48,260 nucleotides of DNA from Desulfobacterales bacterium (GCA_046481705.1 JAWOJK010000134.1:1-48260); one strand, 5' to 3'. Numbered from the stretch's first letter, positions 10,188 to 21,109 are shown. The notes: generated from the sequence alone by a model not told the origin. Translations and numbers: made by a program.

Positions 10188-10240
10188 GATATGGATACTT
10201 TATATCCATATCATGCCCAAAGCGGGTATAAAATACCCGC
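10188..10240. promoter_or_regulatory. Two palindromic enhancer (UAS) sites, probably bound by the ZraR-like activator
   Basis: GATATGGATA-N5-TATCCATATC (10188-10212) and GCGGGTAT-AAA-ATACCCGC (10222-10240). Shared core GGRTA-N5-TAYCC; centres 31 bp apart. Confidence 0.7.
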
Positions 10241-10349
10241 CTGTATCCACAAAACCAGAAATACCACATTTTCACCCCAGCGGGCCATCATCATTTTTTC
10301 GCCTTTAAATTCAATCGATTTGGTTGCTCGCCGGATCTTGGGCAGATGA

Positions 10350-10366
10350 TAGGCACACTCTTTGCT
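10350..10366 (+). promoter_or_regulatory. Sigma54 -24/-12 promoter of the zraP-like gene
   Basis: TAGGCACACTCTTTGCT = GG-N10-GC, close to the TGGCACG-N4-TTGC consensus, about 50 nt upstream of ATG 10419. Confidence 0.8.
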
Positions 10367-10418
10367 GAGATTCTCAGAAAACACCCAACCCACATTCCCA
10401 AGTAGAGGAGGATAAGAC

Positions 10419-10901
10419 ATGCACACAAAACGGTATCAACCCATTTTTTCCCTGGCGGTCGTCCTGGTGGCCGCCATGACCGCGGCGGCGTTTGCCGCCG
10501 GCGGCGACACCCAAGGCCAAGGCGCAGGGGGCTACGGCCGTGGGTGGCACAAGGGCGCCGGTGACGGACCCGCCTGCCTGCAGAACCTGAGCGAGGAGGA
10601 TCGCGGCAAAATCGAAAGCGAGCGCCAGGCGTTTTTCACCGCCACCGACGACCTCAGACGCGAACTCTACCGCAAAAGGCTGGCGCTGAAGAGCGAGCTG
10701 GCCAAGGAAACACCGGACCCGGAGGCGGCCAAAGCCCTTCAGAAGGCGCTTTCAGAACTCCACGCCCAACTGGGGCAACACCGCATCGATCACCTGCTGA
10801 AAATAAAGGCCATCAATCCCAACTGCGGCGGCTGGGGCGGCAGCCAGCGGCGCGGCCACGGGCATGGCTGCGGCGCTGGCTGCATGAATGGCGGCGACTG
10901 A
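10419..10901 (+). CDS. zraP: Periplasmic ZraP/Spy/CpxP-family metal-sensing chaperone
   Basis: Signal peptide, Gly-rich segment, NLSEE..., LR.ELY.KR..L..ELA...PD helical core, Gly/His/Cys-rich tail. Divergent from zraSR; SD GAGGAGG. Confidence 0.8.
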   Translation: MHTKRYQPIFSLAVVLVAAMTAAAFAAGGDTQGQGAGGYGRGWHKGAGDGPACLQNLSEEDRGKIESERQAFFTATDDLRRELYRKRLALKSELAKETPDPEAAKALQKALSELHAQLGQHRIDHLLKIKAINPNCGGWGGSQRRGHGHGCGAGCMNGGD

Positions 10902-11100
10902 CCTTCGCCACCAGGGCCGTTGCCGGGCGCCCGCGCCCGGTTGTTCGGCAACGGCCATCTTCCGGGTAACTTCCGCGTTTGCCCCCTTCCCGATGCGCCC
11001 CCCCTGCTTGACCCCCAGCGGTTTTTCCGTTATGAAGTTCCGGGTGTTTTTTTGAGCATATTGGAATTGTTAGCGTCGCAAACCGCAATGGGAAACCGCC

Positions 11101-12675
11101 ATGCTGATCACCGAAATTCTGGCCCGCAACGCACGCATGTACGCCGCGGAAACCGCTCTGGTGGAGCGCGACCCGGCCAACGGCATCCGGCGCGAGATAA
11201 CCTGGCACGCATTTGACGCCCAGGCCAACCGGCTGGCCCAGGCCCTGATAGGAAAAGGCATCCAAAAAGGCGACCGGGTCGTGCAGCTGATGATGAACAG
11301 CCTGGAATGGCTGCCGGTTTATTTCGGCATCCTGCGCACCGGCGCCTGGGCGGTTCCCCTCAACTTTCGCTTCATGGCCAAGACCATCGGCCGCTGCACC
11401 CAAACGGCCGGGGCGCGGGGGGTCATTTTCGGCCCGGAATTCGTCGAACGCCTGCAAACCCTTCGCAAAGACCCGGGATTTTCCCTGGAATTCTACATCT
11501 TCATCGGACCCGAAAGCCTGCGGCCGGCCTGGGCCGAATCCGGCTCCAGCCTGCTGGCGGCCCATGAACCCAGCGACCCGCGGGTTCCCATCGAGATCAC
11601 CGACGAAGCCGCCCTCTACTTCACCTCCGGCACCACCGGGACCCCCAAGGCAACCCTGCTGACCCACCGCAACCTGGAGTTTGCCTGCATCCAGGAAAAC
11701 TGCCACCACCGTCAGACTCACGCGGACAACTTCCTGTGCATCCCGCCTCTTTATCACACCGGCGCCAAGATGCACTGGTTCGGCAATTTCATCGTCGGCG
11801 CCAGGGCGGTTATCCTGCGGGGCATCGAGCCGCGGTGGATCCTCGAGGCGATCTCCGAGGAAAAGGTCACGGTGGTCTGGCTGCTGGTCCCCTGGGCGCT
11901 GGATATTCTGTTTGCGATTGAAAGCGGGGACATCAAACTCAAGGACTTCCAGCTCGACCAGTGGCGCCTGATGCACATCGGCGCCCAGCCCGTGCCACCC
12001 AGCCTGATCAAGGAGTGGAAGCGCCTTTTCCCCCACCATCAGTACGATACCAATTACGGTCTGACGGAAACCACCGGCCCGGGCTGCGTCCATTTGGGGA
12101 TCGAGAATATGCACAAGGTCGGGGCCATCGGGCGCCCCGGCTTCGACTGGGAATACCGGATCGTGGATGACGGGCAGGCAGCGGTGCCGCCGGGCCAGCC
12201 GGGAGAGCTGATGGTCAAGGGCCCCGGCGTGATGAAAGCCTATTTCGGCAGCCCCGATGCCACCACAAAGGTGCTGGTCGACGGCTGGCTGCTCACCGGA
12301 GATGTGGCGCGCCAGGACGAAGACGGCTTTATCTGGCTGGTGGACCGCAAAAAAGACGTGATCATCACCGGCGGTGAAAACATCTATCCGGTCGAGATCG
12401 AGGATTTCCTCCAGACCCACCCGGCCATCCAGGATGTGGCGGTCATCGGCCTGCCCAGCCTGCGGCTGGGGGAGATCGCTGCAGCCATCATCCAACTCAA
12501 ACCGGGAAGATCCCTCACGCGTGAAGCGGTCATGGTTTTCTGTGAGACCCTTCCGCGCTACAAACGCCCCCGACAGGTCATCTTCGGGGACGTCCCCCGC
12601 AACCCGACCGGCAAGATCGAAAAGCCCAAGCTGCGAAAACAGTATGCCGGCATGCCGGAGAGCTTTCGCCTGTAG
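11101..12675 (+). CDS. Acyl-CoA synthetase (class I adenylate-forming enzyme)
   Basis: AMP-binding motif YFTSGTTGTPK; also YGLTE, TGD, DRKKD, GGENIYP and terminal PRNPTGKIEK. Confidence 0.92.
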   Translation: MLITEILARNARMYAAETALVERDPANGIRREITWHAFDAQANRLAQALIGKGIQKGDRVVQLMMNSLEWLPVYFGILRTGAWAVPLNFRFMAKTIGRCTQTAGARGVIFGPEFVERLQTLRKDPGFSLEFYIFIGPESLRPAWAESGSSLLAAHEPSDPRVPIEITDEAALYFTSGTTGTPKATLLTHRNLEFACIQENCHHRQTHADNFLCIPPLYHTGAKMHWFGNFIVGARAVILRGIEPRWILEAISEEKVTVVWLLVPWALDILFAIESGDIKLKDFQLDQWRLMHIGAQPVPPSLIKEWKRLFPHHQYDTNYGLTETTGPGCVHLGIENMHKVGAIGRPGFDWEYRIVDDGQAAVPPGQPGELMVKGPGVMKAYFGSPDATTKVLVDGWLLTGDVARQDEDGFIWLVDRKKDVIITGGENIYPVEIEDFLQTHPAIQDVAVIGLPSLRLGEIAAAIIQLKPGRSLTREAVMVFCETLPRYKRPRQVIFGDVPRNPTGKIEKPKLRKQYAGMPESFRL

Positions 12676-12697
12676 CGCCCAGGCGCCGCCCAGCCCC

Positions 12698-12750
12698 AAA
12701 AAAACCCCAAACCCGCAGCACGTCAAGATGTGACAGCGGGTTTGGGGTTT
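12698..12750. terminator. Bidirectional intrinsic terminator between the convergent acyl-CoA ligase gene and dnaK
   Basis: Perfect 15-bp inverted repeat AAACCCCAAACCCGC (12702-12716) / GCGGGTTTGGGGTTT (12736-12750). The flanking A-run gives a U-tract on the dnaK strand. Confidence 0.8.
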
Positions 12751-12780
12751 AAGCGGCTGGCTGAGAGCGCCGAACGGCGC

Positions 12781-14715
12781 TTACTTTTTGTCTTCGTGAA
12801 CCTCCTCGAAGTCGGCATCGACCACGTCGTCATCGGCGGCAGCCGAGGGGCCGCCCCCCGCGCCGGCAGCACCCGGGCCCGGGCCTGCGCCGGCCGCGCC
12901 TTCGCCCTTGGAGGCCTGCTGATACATGGCTTCGGCGAGTTTGTGCGAGGTCTGGGTTAATTCTTCGCTGAGGCGTTTGATTTCGGTGATGTCCTCGCCT
13001 TCCATAGCCTTTTTCAAGGCCGCAACCGCTTCCTCGACTTTGGCCTTGGTGGCATCGTCGACCTTGGCGCCCAGATCCTTGATGGATTTCTCGGTGGAAT
13101 AGATCAGGGCATCGGCATGGTTGCGGGCCTCGACCAGCTCTTTGCGTTTGTGGTCCTCATCCGCATGTATTTCGGCGTCTTTCACCAGCCGGTCGATCTC
13201 CTCCTTGGACAAACCACTCGAAGCCGTGATTTGGATGGACTGCTCCTTGGCGGTTGCCAGGTCCTTGGCGGAGACGTTGACGATCCCGTTGGCGTCGATG
13301 TCGAAGGTCACCTCGATCTGGGGCACGCCGCGGGGTGCCGGTGGTATGCCGACCAGTTCAAATCGCCCGAGGGTCTTGTTGCCGGCCGCCATTTCACGTT
13401 CACCCTGCAGCACGTGGATCGACACCGCCGGCTGACTGTCCGCGGCCGTACTGAAAACCTGGCTCTTTTTGGTCGGGATCGTGGTGTTTTTTTCGATCAG
13501 CTTGGTCATCACGCCGCCCAAGGTTTCGATGCCCAGAGAGAGCGGCGTCACATCCAGGAGCAGCACATCCTTGACATCGCCCTTGAGCACACCGCCCTGG
13601 ATGGCCGCCCCCATCGCCACGACCTCGTCCGGGTTGACCCCTTTGTGGGGTTCCCTGCCGAAAAGCTTCTTGACCCGCTCCTGGACCGCCGGCATGCGCG
13701 TCATGCCCCCCACCAGGATGACCTCCTGAATGTCTTTGGGCGTCAGGCCGGCGTCCTTCAGGGCCATAAGACACGGCCTTTCGAGTTTGTCCAGCAAGTC
13801 TGCGACCAGTGACTCGAGCTTGGCGCGGGTCAGTTTGATGTTGAGGTGCTTGGGACCGCTGGCGTCAGCCGTGATGAACGGCAGGTTGACTTCGGTTTCA
13901 ACCGAGGTCGACAGTTCCATCTTGGCTTTCTCGGCGGCCTCTTTGAGACGCTGCAGCGCCATCTTGTCCTTGCGCAGGTCAATCCCCTGGTCCCTGCGGA
14001 ACTCGTCGGAAAGGTAGTCGATCAGACGCAGATCGAAATCCTCGCCGCCTAAATGGGTATCGCCGTTGGTGGCCTTGACTTCGAAAACGCCGTCACCGAT
14101 CTCGAGAACAGAGATATCGAAGGTTCCGCCGCCAAGATCGAAAACCGCTATGGTCTCTTCTTTACGTTTGTCCAAACCGTAGGCCAGCGAGGCCGCCGTC
14201 GGCTCGTTGATGATCCGCAGGACGTTCAGACCGGCGATTTTACCGGCGTCCTTGGTGGCCTGGCGCTGACTGTCGTCAAAGTAGGCCGGGACGGTGATCA
14301 CCGCGTCGGTCACTTTTTCCCCGAAGTATTCCTCGGCGGTGTGCTTGATGTTGGCCAAAATATAGGAAGAGATCTGGGCCGGGCTGTGCTGCTGCCCGCG
14401 GATATTGATGCGCACATCCCCGTTGGGAGCTTGTTCGATCTTGTAGGGCAGCACTTTGATGTCGCTCTGGACATGCGGCGAACTGAACTTGCGGCCGATG
14501 AGACGTTTGACGGCGAAAACCGTGTTTTCAGGGTTGGTGATAGACTGCCGTTTGGCAATCTGCCCGACCAGGCGCTCACCGCTCTCGGTAATGGCCACGA
14601 CCGAGGGTGTTGTCCGCCCCCCCTCGGGATTGGTGATCACCTTTGAATCCCCACCTTCCATGACCGCCACACAAGAGTTCGTCGTTCCCAAGTCAATTCC
14701 AATAACCTTACCCAT
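12781..14715 (-). CDS. dnaK: Chaperone DnaK
   Basis: Motifs [23 protein letters not shown], linker [13 protein letters not shown] and C-terminal [10 protein letters not shown]. Confidence 0.99.
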   Translation of the reverse strand: MGKVIGIDLGTTNSCVAVMEGGDSKVITNPEGGRTTPSVVAITESGERLVGQIAKRQSITNPENTVFAVKRLIGRKFSSPHVQSDIKVLPYKIEQAPNGDVRINIRGQQHSPAQISSYILANIKHTAEEYFGEKVTDAVITVPAYFDDSQRQATKDAGKIAGLNVLRIINEPTAASLAYGLDKRKEETIAVFDLGGGTFDISVLEIGDGVFEVKATNGDTHLGGEDFDLRLIDYLSDEFRRDQGIDLRKDKMALQRLKEAAEKAKMELSTSVETEVNLPFITADASGPKHLNIKLTRAKLESLVADLLDKLERPCLMALKDAGLTPKDIQEVILVGGMTRMPAVQERVKKLFGREPHKGVNPDEVVAMGAAIQGGVLKGDVKDVLLLDVTPLSLGIETLGGVMTKLIEKNTTIPTKKSQVFSTAADSQPAVSIHVLQGEREMAAGNKTLGRFELVGIPPAPRGVPQIEVTFDIDANGIVNVSAKDLATAKEQSIQITASSGLSKEEIDRLVKDAEIHADEDHKRKELVEARNHADALIYSTEKSIKDLGAKVDDATKAKVEEAVAALKKAMEGEDITEIKRLSEELTQTSHKLAEAMYQQASKGEGAAGAGPGPGAAGAGGGPSAAADDDVVDADFEEVHEDKK

Positions 14716-14771
14716 TTGAATGCCTCCTTAAAAGTATCGTGACTGTGTATAATCGCTTTGAGAGCGTCAGA

Positions 14772-15416
14772 TTAATGGTTTTCGCCGGTTTGACCGGCGC
14801 CGCCATCGGCTTTTGGCTTTGCTACAACCACCATGGACGGCCTTAGCAGTCGATCATGCAGGGTATAGCCCTTCTGCAGCTCCTGAATAACCGTGTTTTT
14901 CGGATGCGTGTCGGATTCTTCGCTGACCACCGCCTGATGAAAAACCGGGTCGAAAGGCTGGTTGAGCGCCTCAACCGCCTGAACCCCAAATTTGTTGAGA
15001 ACCCGCAGGATCTCTTTCAGCGTGAGGTCAATCCCGTTCACTAAGGACTCTTGCCCGTTGCTTTCCTCGCTCGCCGACTTGATGGCCAGCTCGAGGTTAT
15101 CCACCATCGGCAACAATTCCTTGAGGAGTGTCTCGTTGGCGTATTTGCGAAAATCCTGTATTTCACGGGCCGACCGCTTTTTGTAGTTGTCGAACTCCGC
15201 TGATACCCTCAGCAGGCGTTCGTAATTGGCCTGCGCCTCCTGGCGGGCAGCTTCGATCTTGGCCTCGAGTTCCGCAGTTTCATCGTTTTCGGCAGTCTGG
15301 CCGCCGCCTTTCACGGGCGACTCTGCTTGGAGATCTTCCGGTTGTTCCAGCGACGGGTCTGCAGCGGTGGCTTCAGCTGTTTTTTCATACTTCCGAATTT
15401 TGTCTTTTTCGGTCAT
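14772..15416 (-). CDS. grpE: Nucleotide exchange factor GrpE (alternative TTG start at 15425)
   Basis: Motifs AEFDNYKKR, FDPVFHQA and QKGY.LHDRLLRPSMV. Directly upstream of dnaK. Confidence 0.97.
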   Translation of the reverse strand: MTEKDKIRKYEKTAEATAADPSLEQPEDLQAESPVKGGGQTAENDETAELEAKIEAARQEAQANYERLLRVSAEFDNYKKRSAREIQDFRKYANETLLKELLPMVDNLELAIKSASEESNGQESLVNGIDLTLKEILRVLNKFGVQAVEALNQPFDPVFHQAVVSEESDTHPKNTVIQELQKGYTLHDRLLRPSMVVVAKPKADGGAGQTGENH

Positions 15417-15710
15417 CAGCAGCAAAGTTCTCCTTCATTTATAAGGGCTTTGAAAAGAGCACCAAAGGACGTCCAAACCCCAACAGGAACGGAGGTGCCG
15501 GTGCCAAACACTTGCGCCCCGAAAGTGGCCGAGGCGGCCGATTGGTGAGCCCCTCAAAATTGCCTTTGGGGTCACGCACTTCCCGGTAAGCCGTTTTAGA
15601 CACCAATCGAAGACACCCGCCGGCGTGGAAGCCTTCCAGTGTAGTTACTTCCGGATGTGAGCCCGTAAGCACTCAGGGTGTTGGCGTCGCGGCCGGCGTG
15701 ATGTTGGCAC

Positions 15711-15738
15711 ATAATAAGACGCCAGAAAGTGATGTCAA
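15711..15738 (-). promoter_or_regulatory. Sigma70-type promoter for grpE-dnaK
   Basis: Minus strand TTGACA-N16-TATTAT. Confidence 0.6.
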
Positions 15739-15885
15739 GCCGTCGCGCCGGAGGGTATTTCAGGCTGAAATTAAAAAGAAAAATGGGAGCAGCCGACCTA
15801 AAAACGGACTTCGGGGGGCTTCACAATCGAAACGCTGGCGGGTTTGAAAGCAGGCGAAAAGCGATGGGGAAAAAGGTGGGGAAGT

Positions 15886-16137
15886 GGTTGTGCACCCTCT
15901 GTCGAATCACTTCCGAAAAACTAAGGACCGTCGCCATAACCGGGATCGATCCACGACACAGACCGCATTACTTATCGCTGCTTCCTTCCGGACCTGACGA
16001 GGTTCGTAACCGTCTGTTGCGTGGCGGCCGATCAGGCTGAGTCCTAAATTCCGGCTGCAACCCTTCAGAGGGAATTCAGCCCCGCATAAAGCGGATTTCG
16101 GGTACAGGGCACCGCTAGCGCCCCACCTAGCACAACC
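15886..16137 (-). ncRNA. ffs: Signal recognition particle RNA, large (Alu-domain) type
   Basis: S-domain TCAGGTCCGGAAGGAAGCAGC; 5' Alu-like segment GCTAGGTGGGGCGCTAGCGGTGCCCTGTACCCGAAATCCGC resembling Bacillus scRNA; ends pair (GGTTGTGC/GCACAACC); about 252 nt. Confidence 0.93.
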
Positions 16138-16144
16138 GGGGAAG

Positions 16145-16173
16145 ACTATAGTCACCCAGGCGAACTTTTTCAA
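16145..16173 (-). promoter_or_regulatory. Sigma70 promoter of the SRP RNA
   Basis: TTGAAA-N17-TATAGT, ending 7 nt before the RNA 5' end. Confidence 0.75.
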
Positions 16174-16586
16174 GGAGAAAAAGCCCGACCACTTTCTTCA
16201 GGCCGGCCGCACGGGCTGCCCGCCGCTTTTCCAGGGCTTTTTTATTGACTTCTTCCTACCAGTATCGTAGCTTTTGATTTTATTGAAAAACATTGGAATC
16301 AACGGCTCTGCTCTGGACGGACGTCACCCACATCAACGGGGAACTGCTAAGATCCTATCAAGCTCCTATGACCGGACCCTTTCCGCCCCTGCCGATACAT
16401 TGCAAGCCCTCGAAATTCCGATTACCAAGCAAATTTTCGACGGCTTGAGCACCCGTATGAAGACCATCGGCCCCCTCCGACCCGTGGTGGCGGCCAGGGG
16501 TGCGATGACAAAAAGCGATATCACCCGTGGGTCGGGGCCAATCGGCGTGGTCGGCTGATGGGACAAAAAGGGGTTCGAGCTGTTTC

Positions 16587-18056
16587 ATGGAACTCTCGCC
16601 AAACGGCTTTAGCCGGACGGTTCTGCAAAATGTCAGGCATACGATCGACACCCATGGCCTCTTGGAGACCGGCGAGTCGGTGCTGGTGGCGGTTTCCGGC
16701 GGGGCCGATTCCGTCTGCCTGCTGCACGTTCTTCAGGCGCTGGCGCCGGAGCATGACCTGCAGCTGGGCGTGGCCCACCTCCATCATGGCCTGCGGGGCA
16801 AGGCGGCTGACCAGGATGCCAGATTTGTCGCCGACCTGGCCCACCGCTGCAATTTGCCGGTTTTCATAGGGGCAGCAGATGTTCGGGGCCTGAAACAACA
16901 GCGCCGGCTTTGTCTGGAAGAGGCCGCGCGTCAAGCCCGCTATGATTTTTTGACGCTAATTGCCCGGCAGCATCATTTCAGCAAAATCGCCGTCGGCCAT
17001 CAGCAGGACGACAACGCCGAGTTGACCCTGATGTTTCTCATCCGGGGCAGCGGCGCCCGAGGGGCCGGCGGCATCCCGCCTGTCAGGGAAAACCGGATCG
17101 TGCGACCGCTGATCGACCTCAAAAGAGAGGACATTCTGGGCTATCTCAAGGCAAACGGACTGGACTGCATTTCCGACGCCACCAACCAGGACAGCGATTT
17201 CCTTCGCAACCGCATCCGGCTTCAACTTCTGCCGGCACTGGCGAAAGACTACAACCCCCGCATCCGAGAGGCTCTGACACGCTTTGCCCGGGTTACCCGA
17301 GCGGAAGACGATTGGCTCGAAAGCCTGACCACCCCTCTTTTGGAAGCCGTCTGCCTGGCACAATCCGACACCTCCCTGACCCTGTCGGTGGCTGCGCTCT
17401 TGGCCCTCCACCCGGCCGCCCAGCGCCGGGTGCTGCGCAGGTCCCTGAAAATGGTCAAAGGCAGCCTGCGGCGCATCGCGTTCGACCATATCGAAGCGGT
17501 TTTGGCACTCGCCAACAGCGGCACCCACCATGGCAGTCTCGACCTGCCCGACCGGATCCGGGTCCACCGCCATCCCGACCGCTTGGTGGTGTCGTTGGCG
17601 CAGAAACCCCTGCGCACCCTGAAACCGGATTTAGCTGTCGCCCCGGCTATGGATTTTCATTACCCGGTTCCCGGTCCGGTTTCTGAAACCGTCTCGATCA
17701 CACTGCCCGAAATCAGGGGTCGATTGGAATTTCGCCGGATCAGCACCAAAAAAGTCCCGGCCGCCTGCAATGCTGGACAGTTTGTCGCGTTTTTTGATAT
17801 GGATGCCCTGACCTTTCCCTTGACCGTCAGAAACTTGCGCCCGGGCGACCGCTTCACCCCATTTGGAACGGCAGGCCGCCAAAAAGTTCACCGGTTTTTT
17901 ATCAAACAGAAGATACCCCGCGAGTCGAGGACACGCTATCCGCTGCTCCTCAGCGGCACTAAGATCATCTGGGTGGCCGGCCTGCGCATGGATCAGACCG
18001 CCCGGCTGACCCCTGAAACGCGGCGGGTGCTCCGGGGAGAACTCCTGCTTGCCTAA
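16587..18056 (+). CDS. tilS: tRNA(Ile)-lysidine synthetase
   Basis: PP-loop AVSGGADS, HHGLRG, EEAARQARY, RN.IR and TilS C-terminal domain. Usual position before ftsH. Confidence 0.95.
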   Translation: MELSPNGFSRTVLQNVRHTIDTHGLLETGESVLVAVSGGADSVCLLHVLQALAPEHDLQLGVAHLHHGLRGKAADQDARFVADLAHRCNLPVFIGAADVRGLKQQRRLCLEEAARQARYDFLTLIARQHHFSKIAVGHQQDDNAELTLMFLIRGSGARGAGGIPPVRENRIVRPLIDLKREDILGYLKANGLDCISDATNQDSDFLRNRIRLQLLPALAKDYNPRIREALTRFARVTRAEDDWLESLTTPLLEAVCLAQSDTSLTLSVAALLALHPAAQRRVLRRSLKMVKGSLRRIAFDHIEAVLALANSGTHHGSLDLPDRIRVHRHPDRLVVSLAQKPLRTLKPDLAVAPAMDFHYPVPGPVSETVSITLPEIRGRLEFRRISTKKVPAACNAGQFVAFFDMDALTFPLTVRNLRPGDRFTPFGTAGRQKVHRFFIKQKIPRESRTRYPLLLSGTKIIWVAGLRMDQTARLTPETRRVLRGELLLA

Positions 18057-18229
18057 ATCCGCTTCGTGCTTACTATCTGAGCATCTCATGCCTTGAAAGG
18101 AACAAAGCCCGTGTGAGCCGGGTCAAGGACTTAAATTTTCAGGCCTGGAAAGCGGCAATCCTTTACCCAGATCGGAATGCCGGGGCGGGTTTCGCCCTTC
18201 AAGCCGACAGCCTCAGGAGGTGACTTGAG

Positions 18230-20104
18230 TTGAATCCGTTCTACAAAAATCTGGCGTTGTGGCTGGTAATCACGCTGATGATGATCATGCTCTTTAACCT
18301 TTTCAACCAGCAGCACCTTGCAGAAAACACCCTCAGCTACACCGAGTTTTTAAGTATGGCGGAAAACGGGAAGGTTGCTGAAGTTGTCATCCAAGGCCAG
18401 GAGCTTTTTGTAACTGACAGCAATCGCAACCGGTTCAAGGTGTTTGCCCCGCAGGATGCCGACATGATCAAAATCCTGCGCGCCAAAGGAGTCATGATCA
18501 AGGCCAAACCGCCGGCCGAATCCCCGTGGTACATGTCGGTTCTGATATCGTGGTTCCCAATGATCGTCCTGATTGGGGTATGGATTTTTTTCATGCGCCA
18601 GATGCAGTCCGGCGGCGGCAAAGCCCTTTCATTTGGCAAAAGCAAAGCGCGCCTGATGTCGGATCAGCAGACCAAGGTCACCTTTGAAGATGTGGCCGGC
18701 ATCGACGAGGCCAAGGAAGAACTGGAGGAGATCGTCGAATTCCTGCGGGACCCCAAGAAGTTCACCCGGCTGGGTGGTCGGATACCCAAAGGGGTGTTGC
18801 TGATGGGGCCGCCGGGAACCGGCAAGACCTTGCTGGCAAGAGCCATCGCGGGTGAGGCGGGAGTTCCCTTCTTCAGCATCAGCGGGTCGGATTTCGTGGA
18901 GATGTTTGTGGGCGTCGGCGCTTCCCGGGTGCGCGATCTTTTCGTGCAGGGGAAGAAAAATGCTCCCTGCATTATTTTCATCGATGAGATCGACGCCGTC
19001 GGCCGCCACCGCGGTGCCGGGCTCGGCGGCGGCCACGACGAGCGCGAACAGACCCTGAACCAGCTGCTGGTAGAGATGGACGGTTTCGAATCCAACGAGG
19101 GGGTCATCCTGATTTCGGCCACCAACCGGCCGGACGTGCTGGACCCGGCCCTGCAGCGACCGGGTCGCTTCGACCGCCAGGTCGTGGTTTCCCTGCCGGA
19201 CATCAGGGGCCGGGAGGCCATTTTGAAGGTCCACATGCGCCGCACTCCGGCCGGACCGGATGTCGAAGTCCTCATGCTGGCCAAGGGCACCCCCGGTTTC
19301 TCGGGCGCCGACTTGGAAAACCTTGTCAACGAGGCCGCGCTTCTGGCGGCCAAACGCGGCAAGGAACGCCTGGAGATGGCGGATTTCGAAGACGCCAAGG
19401 ACAAGGTCTACATGGGCCTGGAACGCAAGTCCAAGGTGATCCGGGAAGAGGACCGCAAAACAACCGCTTACCATGAGGGCGGCCACGCCCTGGTGGCCCG
19501 CCTCCTGCCGGGCACCGACGCGGTCAACAAGATCACGATTATTCCCCGCGGGCGTGCGGCCGGAATCACCTGGTTCCTCCCCGAAGAACGCGACTTCAAA
19601 TACAAGGATCAGCTGGAAAGCGACCTGGCGGTGGCCTTCGGCGGTCGCGTTGCCGAGGAACTGGTGTTCGGACGGATCAGCACCGGCGCCTCAAACGATA
19701 TTAAACAGGCGACAGGCTTGGCCCAGAAGATGGTCCGGGCCTGGGGGATGAGCGCGGACCTGGGTCCGTTGTCATACGACCAGGGCGAAGAGCAGATCTT
19801 TCTCGGCCGCGAAATCTCCCAGCACCGGGACTATTCCGAGGAAACCGCCCGCAAGATCGACCAGGAAATCACCCGGATCATCAAGGATAGCTACACCCGG
19901 GCCAAGGGGGTGCTGGAGGATAATATCGACGTCCTCCACAAACTCGCAGAGCTGCTGCTGGAAAAGGAAACCGTTTTAGGGCGTGAATTGGATGAACTGA
20001 TCCATTCCATGCGACCGGACTTAAATCTCGCCGCCGCCCAAAATGCGGCAGAGACCTCCAAAGACGCGCAACCCGAAACCAAAACCGAAACGCCGCAGGC
20101 CTGA
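18230..20104 (+). CDS. ftsH: ATP-dependent zinc metalloprotease FtsH
   Basis: Two TM helices, [21 protein letters not shown] and HEGGH zinc motif. TTG start with SD AGGAGG. Confidence 0.98.
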   Translation: MNPFYKNLALWLVITLMMIMLFNLFNQQHLAENTLSYTEFLSMAENGKVAEVVIQGQELFVTDSNRNRFKVFAPQDADMIKILRAKGVMIKAKPPAESPWYMSVLISWFPMIVLIGVWIFFMRQMQSGGGKALSFGKSKARLMSDQQTKVTFEDVAGIDEAKEELEEIVEFLRDPKKFTRLGGRIPKGVLLMGPPGTGKTLLARAIAGEAGVPFFSISGSDFVEMFVGVGASRVRDLFVQGKKNAPCIIFIDEIDAVGRHRGAGLGGGHDEREQTLNQLLVEMDGFESNEGVILISATNRPDVLDPALQRPGRFDRQVVVSLPDIRGREAILKVHMRRTPAGPDVEVLMLAKGTPGFSGADLENLVNEAALLAAKRGKERLEMADFEDAKDKVYMGLERKSKVIREEDRKTTAYHEGGHALVARLLPGTDAVNKITIIPRGRAAGITWFLPEERDFKYKDQLESDLAVAFGGRVAEELVFGRISTGASNDIKQATGLAQKMVRAWGMSADLGPLSYDQGEEQIFLGREISQHRDYSEETARKIDQEITRIIKDSYTRAKGVLEDNIDVLHKLAELLLEKETVLGRELDELIHSMRPDLNLAAAQNAAETSKDAQPETKTETPQA

Positions 20105-20107
20105 TCC

Positions 20108-20980
20108 GTGGAACCCTACCTGCTTTCCTGGGGGCGCCATCGCTTAAAGCTGGGACCGCAGACCTGTGTGATGGGGGTTGTCAACGTAACGCCGGATTCC
20201 TTCTCCGACGGCGGCCAGTTTTTGGATCCGGTAGCCGCCGTATCCCAGGCGGAAAAAATGGCGGCCGAGGGTGCGGGTATCATTGACATCGGGGGGGAAT
20301 CAACGCGGCCGTTCTCGGATCCGATAACCACCGCAGAGGAAATTGACAGGGTGGTGCCGGTGATCGAAACGCTGGCAAACCGCATCCGCCAGCCCATTTC
20401 GATCGATACCATGAAGGCTGCGGTGGCCCGCCGGGCGTTGGCGGCGGGTGCGGCAATGATCAACGACATCAGCGCCATGACCTACGACCCGGAAATGGTT
20501 TCGGTGGCGCGCGCATGCGACGTTCCGGTGGTCCTGATGCACATGCGGGGCACCCCCAAGACCATGCAGGCCAAACCGCGATACACCGATGTGACAGCCG
20601 AGGTTTGCGCCTATCTTCTGGCGGCCGCCGACAGGCTTCAGGCCGCGGGCGTCGCCCGCCGCAGGATCATATTGGATCCCGGCATCGGTTTCGGCAAGAC
20701 TTTCATCCACAACCTCCTGCTCCTCAAGCACCTGCAGGCTTTGGCGGAAATGGGGTACCCACTCCTGGTCGGCACTTCCCGCAAGTCGTTTATCCGTCGC
20801 CTGGTCAAGGGCGACCAGCAGGCCGATATCCACCCGGAGCACCCACTGGTGGAGACCGGTACCCAGGCAACCGTCACGGCTGCCATCCTGGCAGGCGCCC
20901 AGATCATCCGCGTCCACGATGTGGCCAACACGATGGCAACGGTCAAGGTCATCGACGCCATTCGCAACGCGGACGGCTGA
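20108..20980 (+). CDS. folP: Dihydropteroate synthase
   Basis: Motifs VNVTPDSFSDGG, DIGGESTRP, DPGIGFGK, SRKS and RVHDV. Confidence 0.97.
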   Translation: MEPYLLSWGRHRLKLGPQTCVMGVVNVTPDSFSDGGQFLDPVAAVSQAEKMAAEGAGIIDIGGESTRPFSDPITTAEEIDRVVPVIETLANRIRQPISIDTMKAAVARRALAAGAAMINDISAMTYDPEMVSVARACDVPVVLMHMRGTPKTMQAKPRYTDVTAEVCAYLLAAADRLQAAGVARRRIILDPGIGFGKTFIHNLLLLKHLQALAEMGYPLLVGTSRKSFIRRLVKGDQQADIHPEHPLVETGTQATVTAAILAGAQIIRVHDVANTMATVKVIDAIRNADG

Positions 20981-21109
20981 TGGCCGCAGGGTACAAACGC
21001 AGGTCTGCGGCCGGTCTTGCATGCCTCGCCGGCGGGAGAGACCTGTCGCCGGTTTTTTCGGGCCGAAGCCAACCGCGATCCGCAGCCCTAAAAAAGGCGG
21101 AAAAAAACT

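Noticed and set aside
15666-15692. CIRCE element upstream of grpE
   Set aside because: Only one half (TAAGCACTC) matches; the partner half 9 nt away does not.
15729-16173. ORFs 15729-16040 and 15907-16173
   Set aside because: They overlap the SRP RNA gene.
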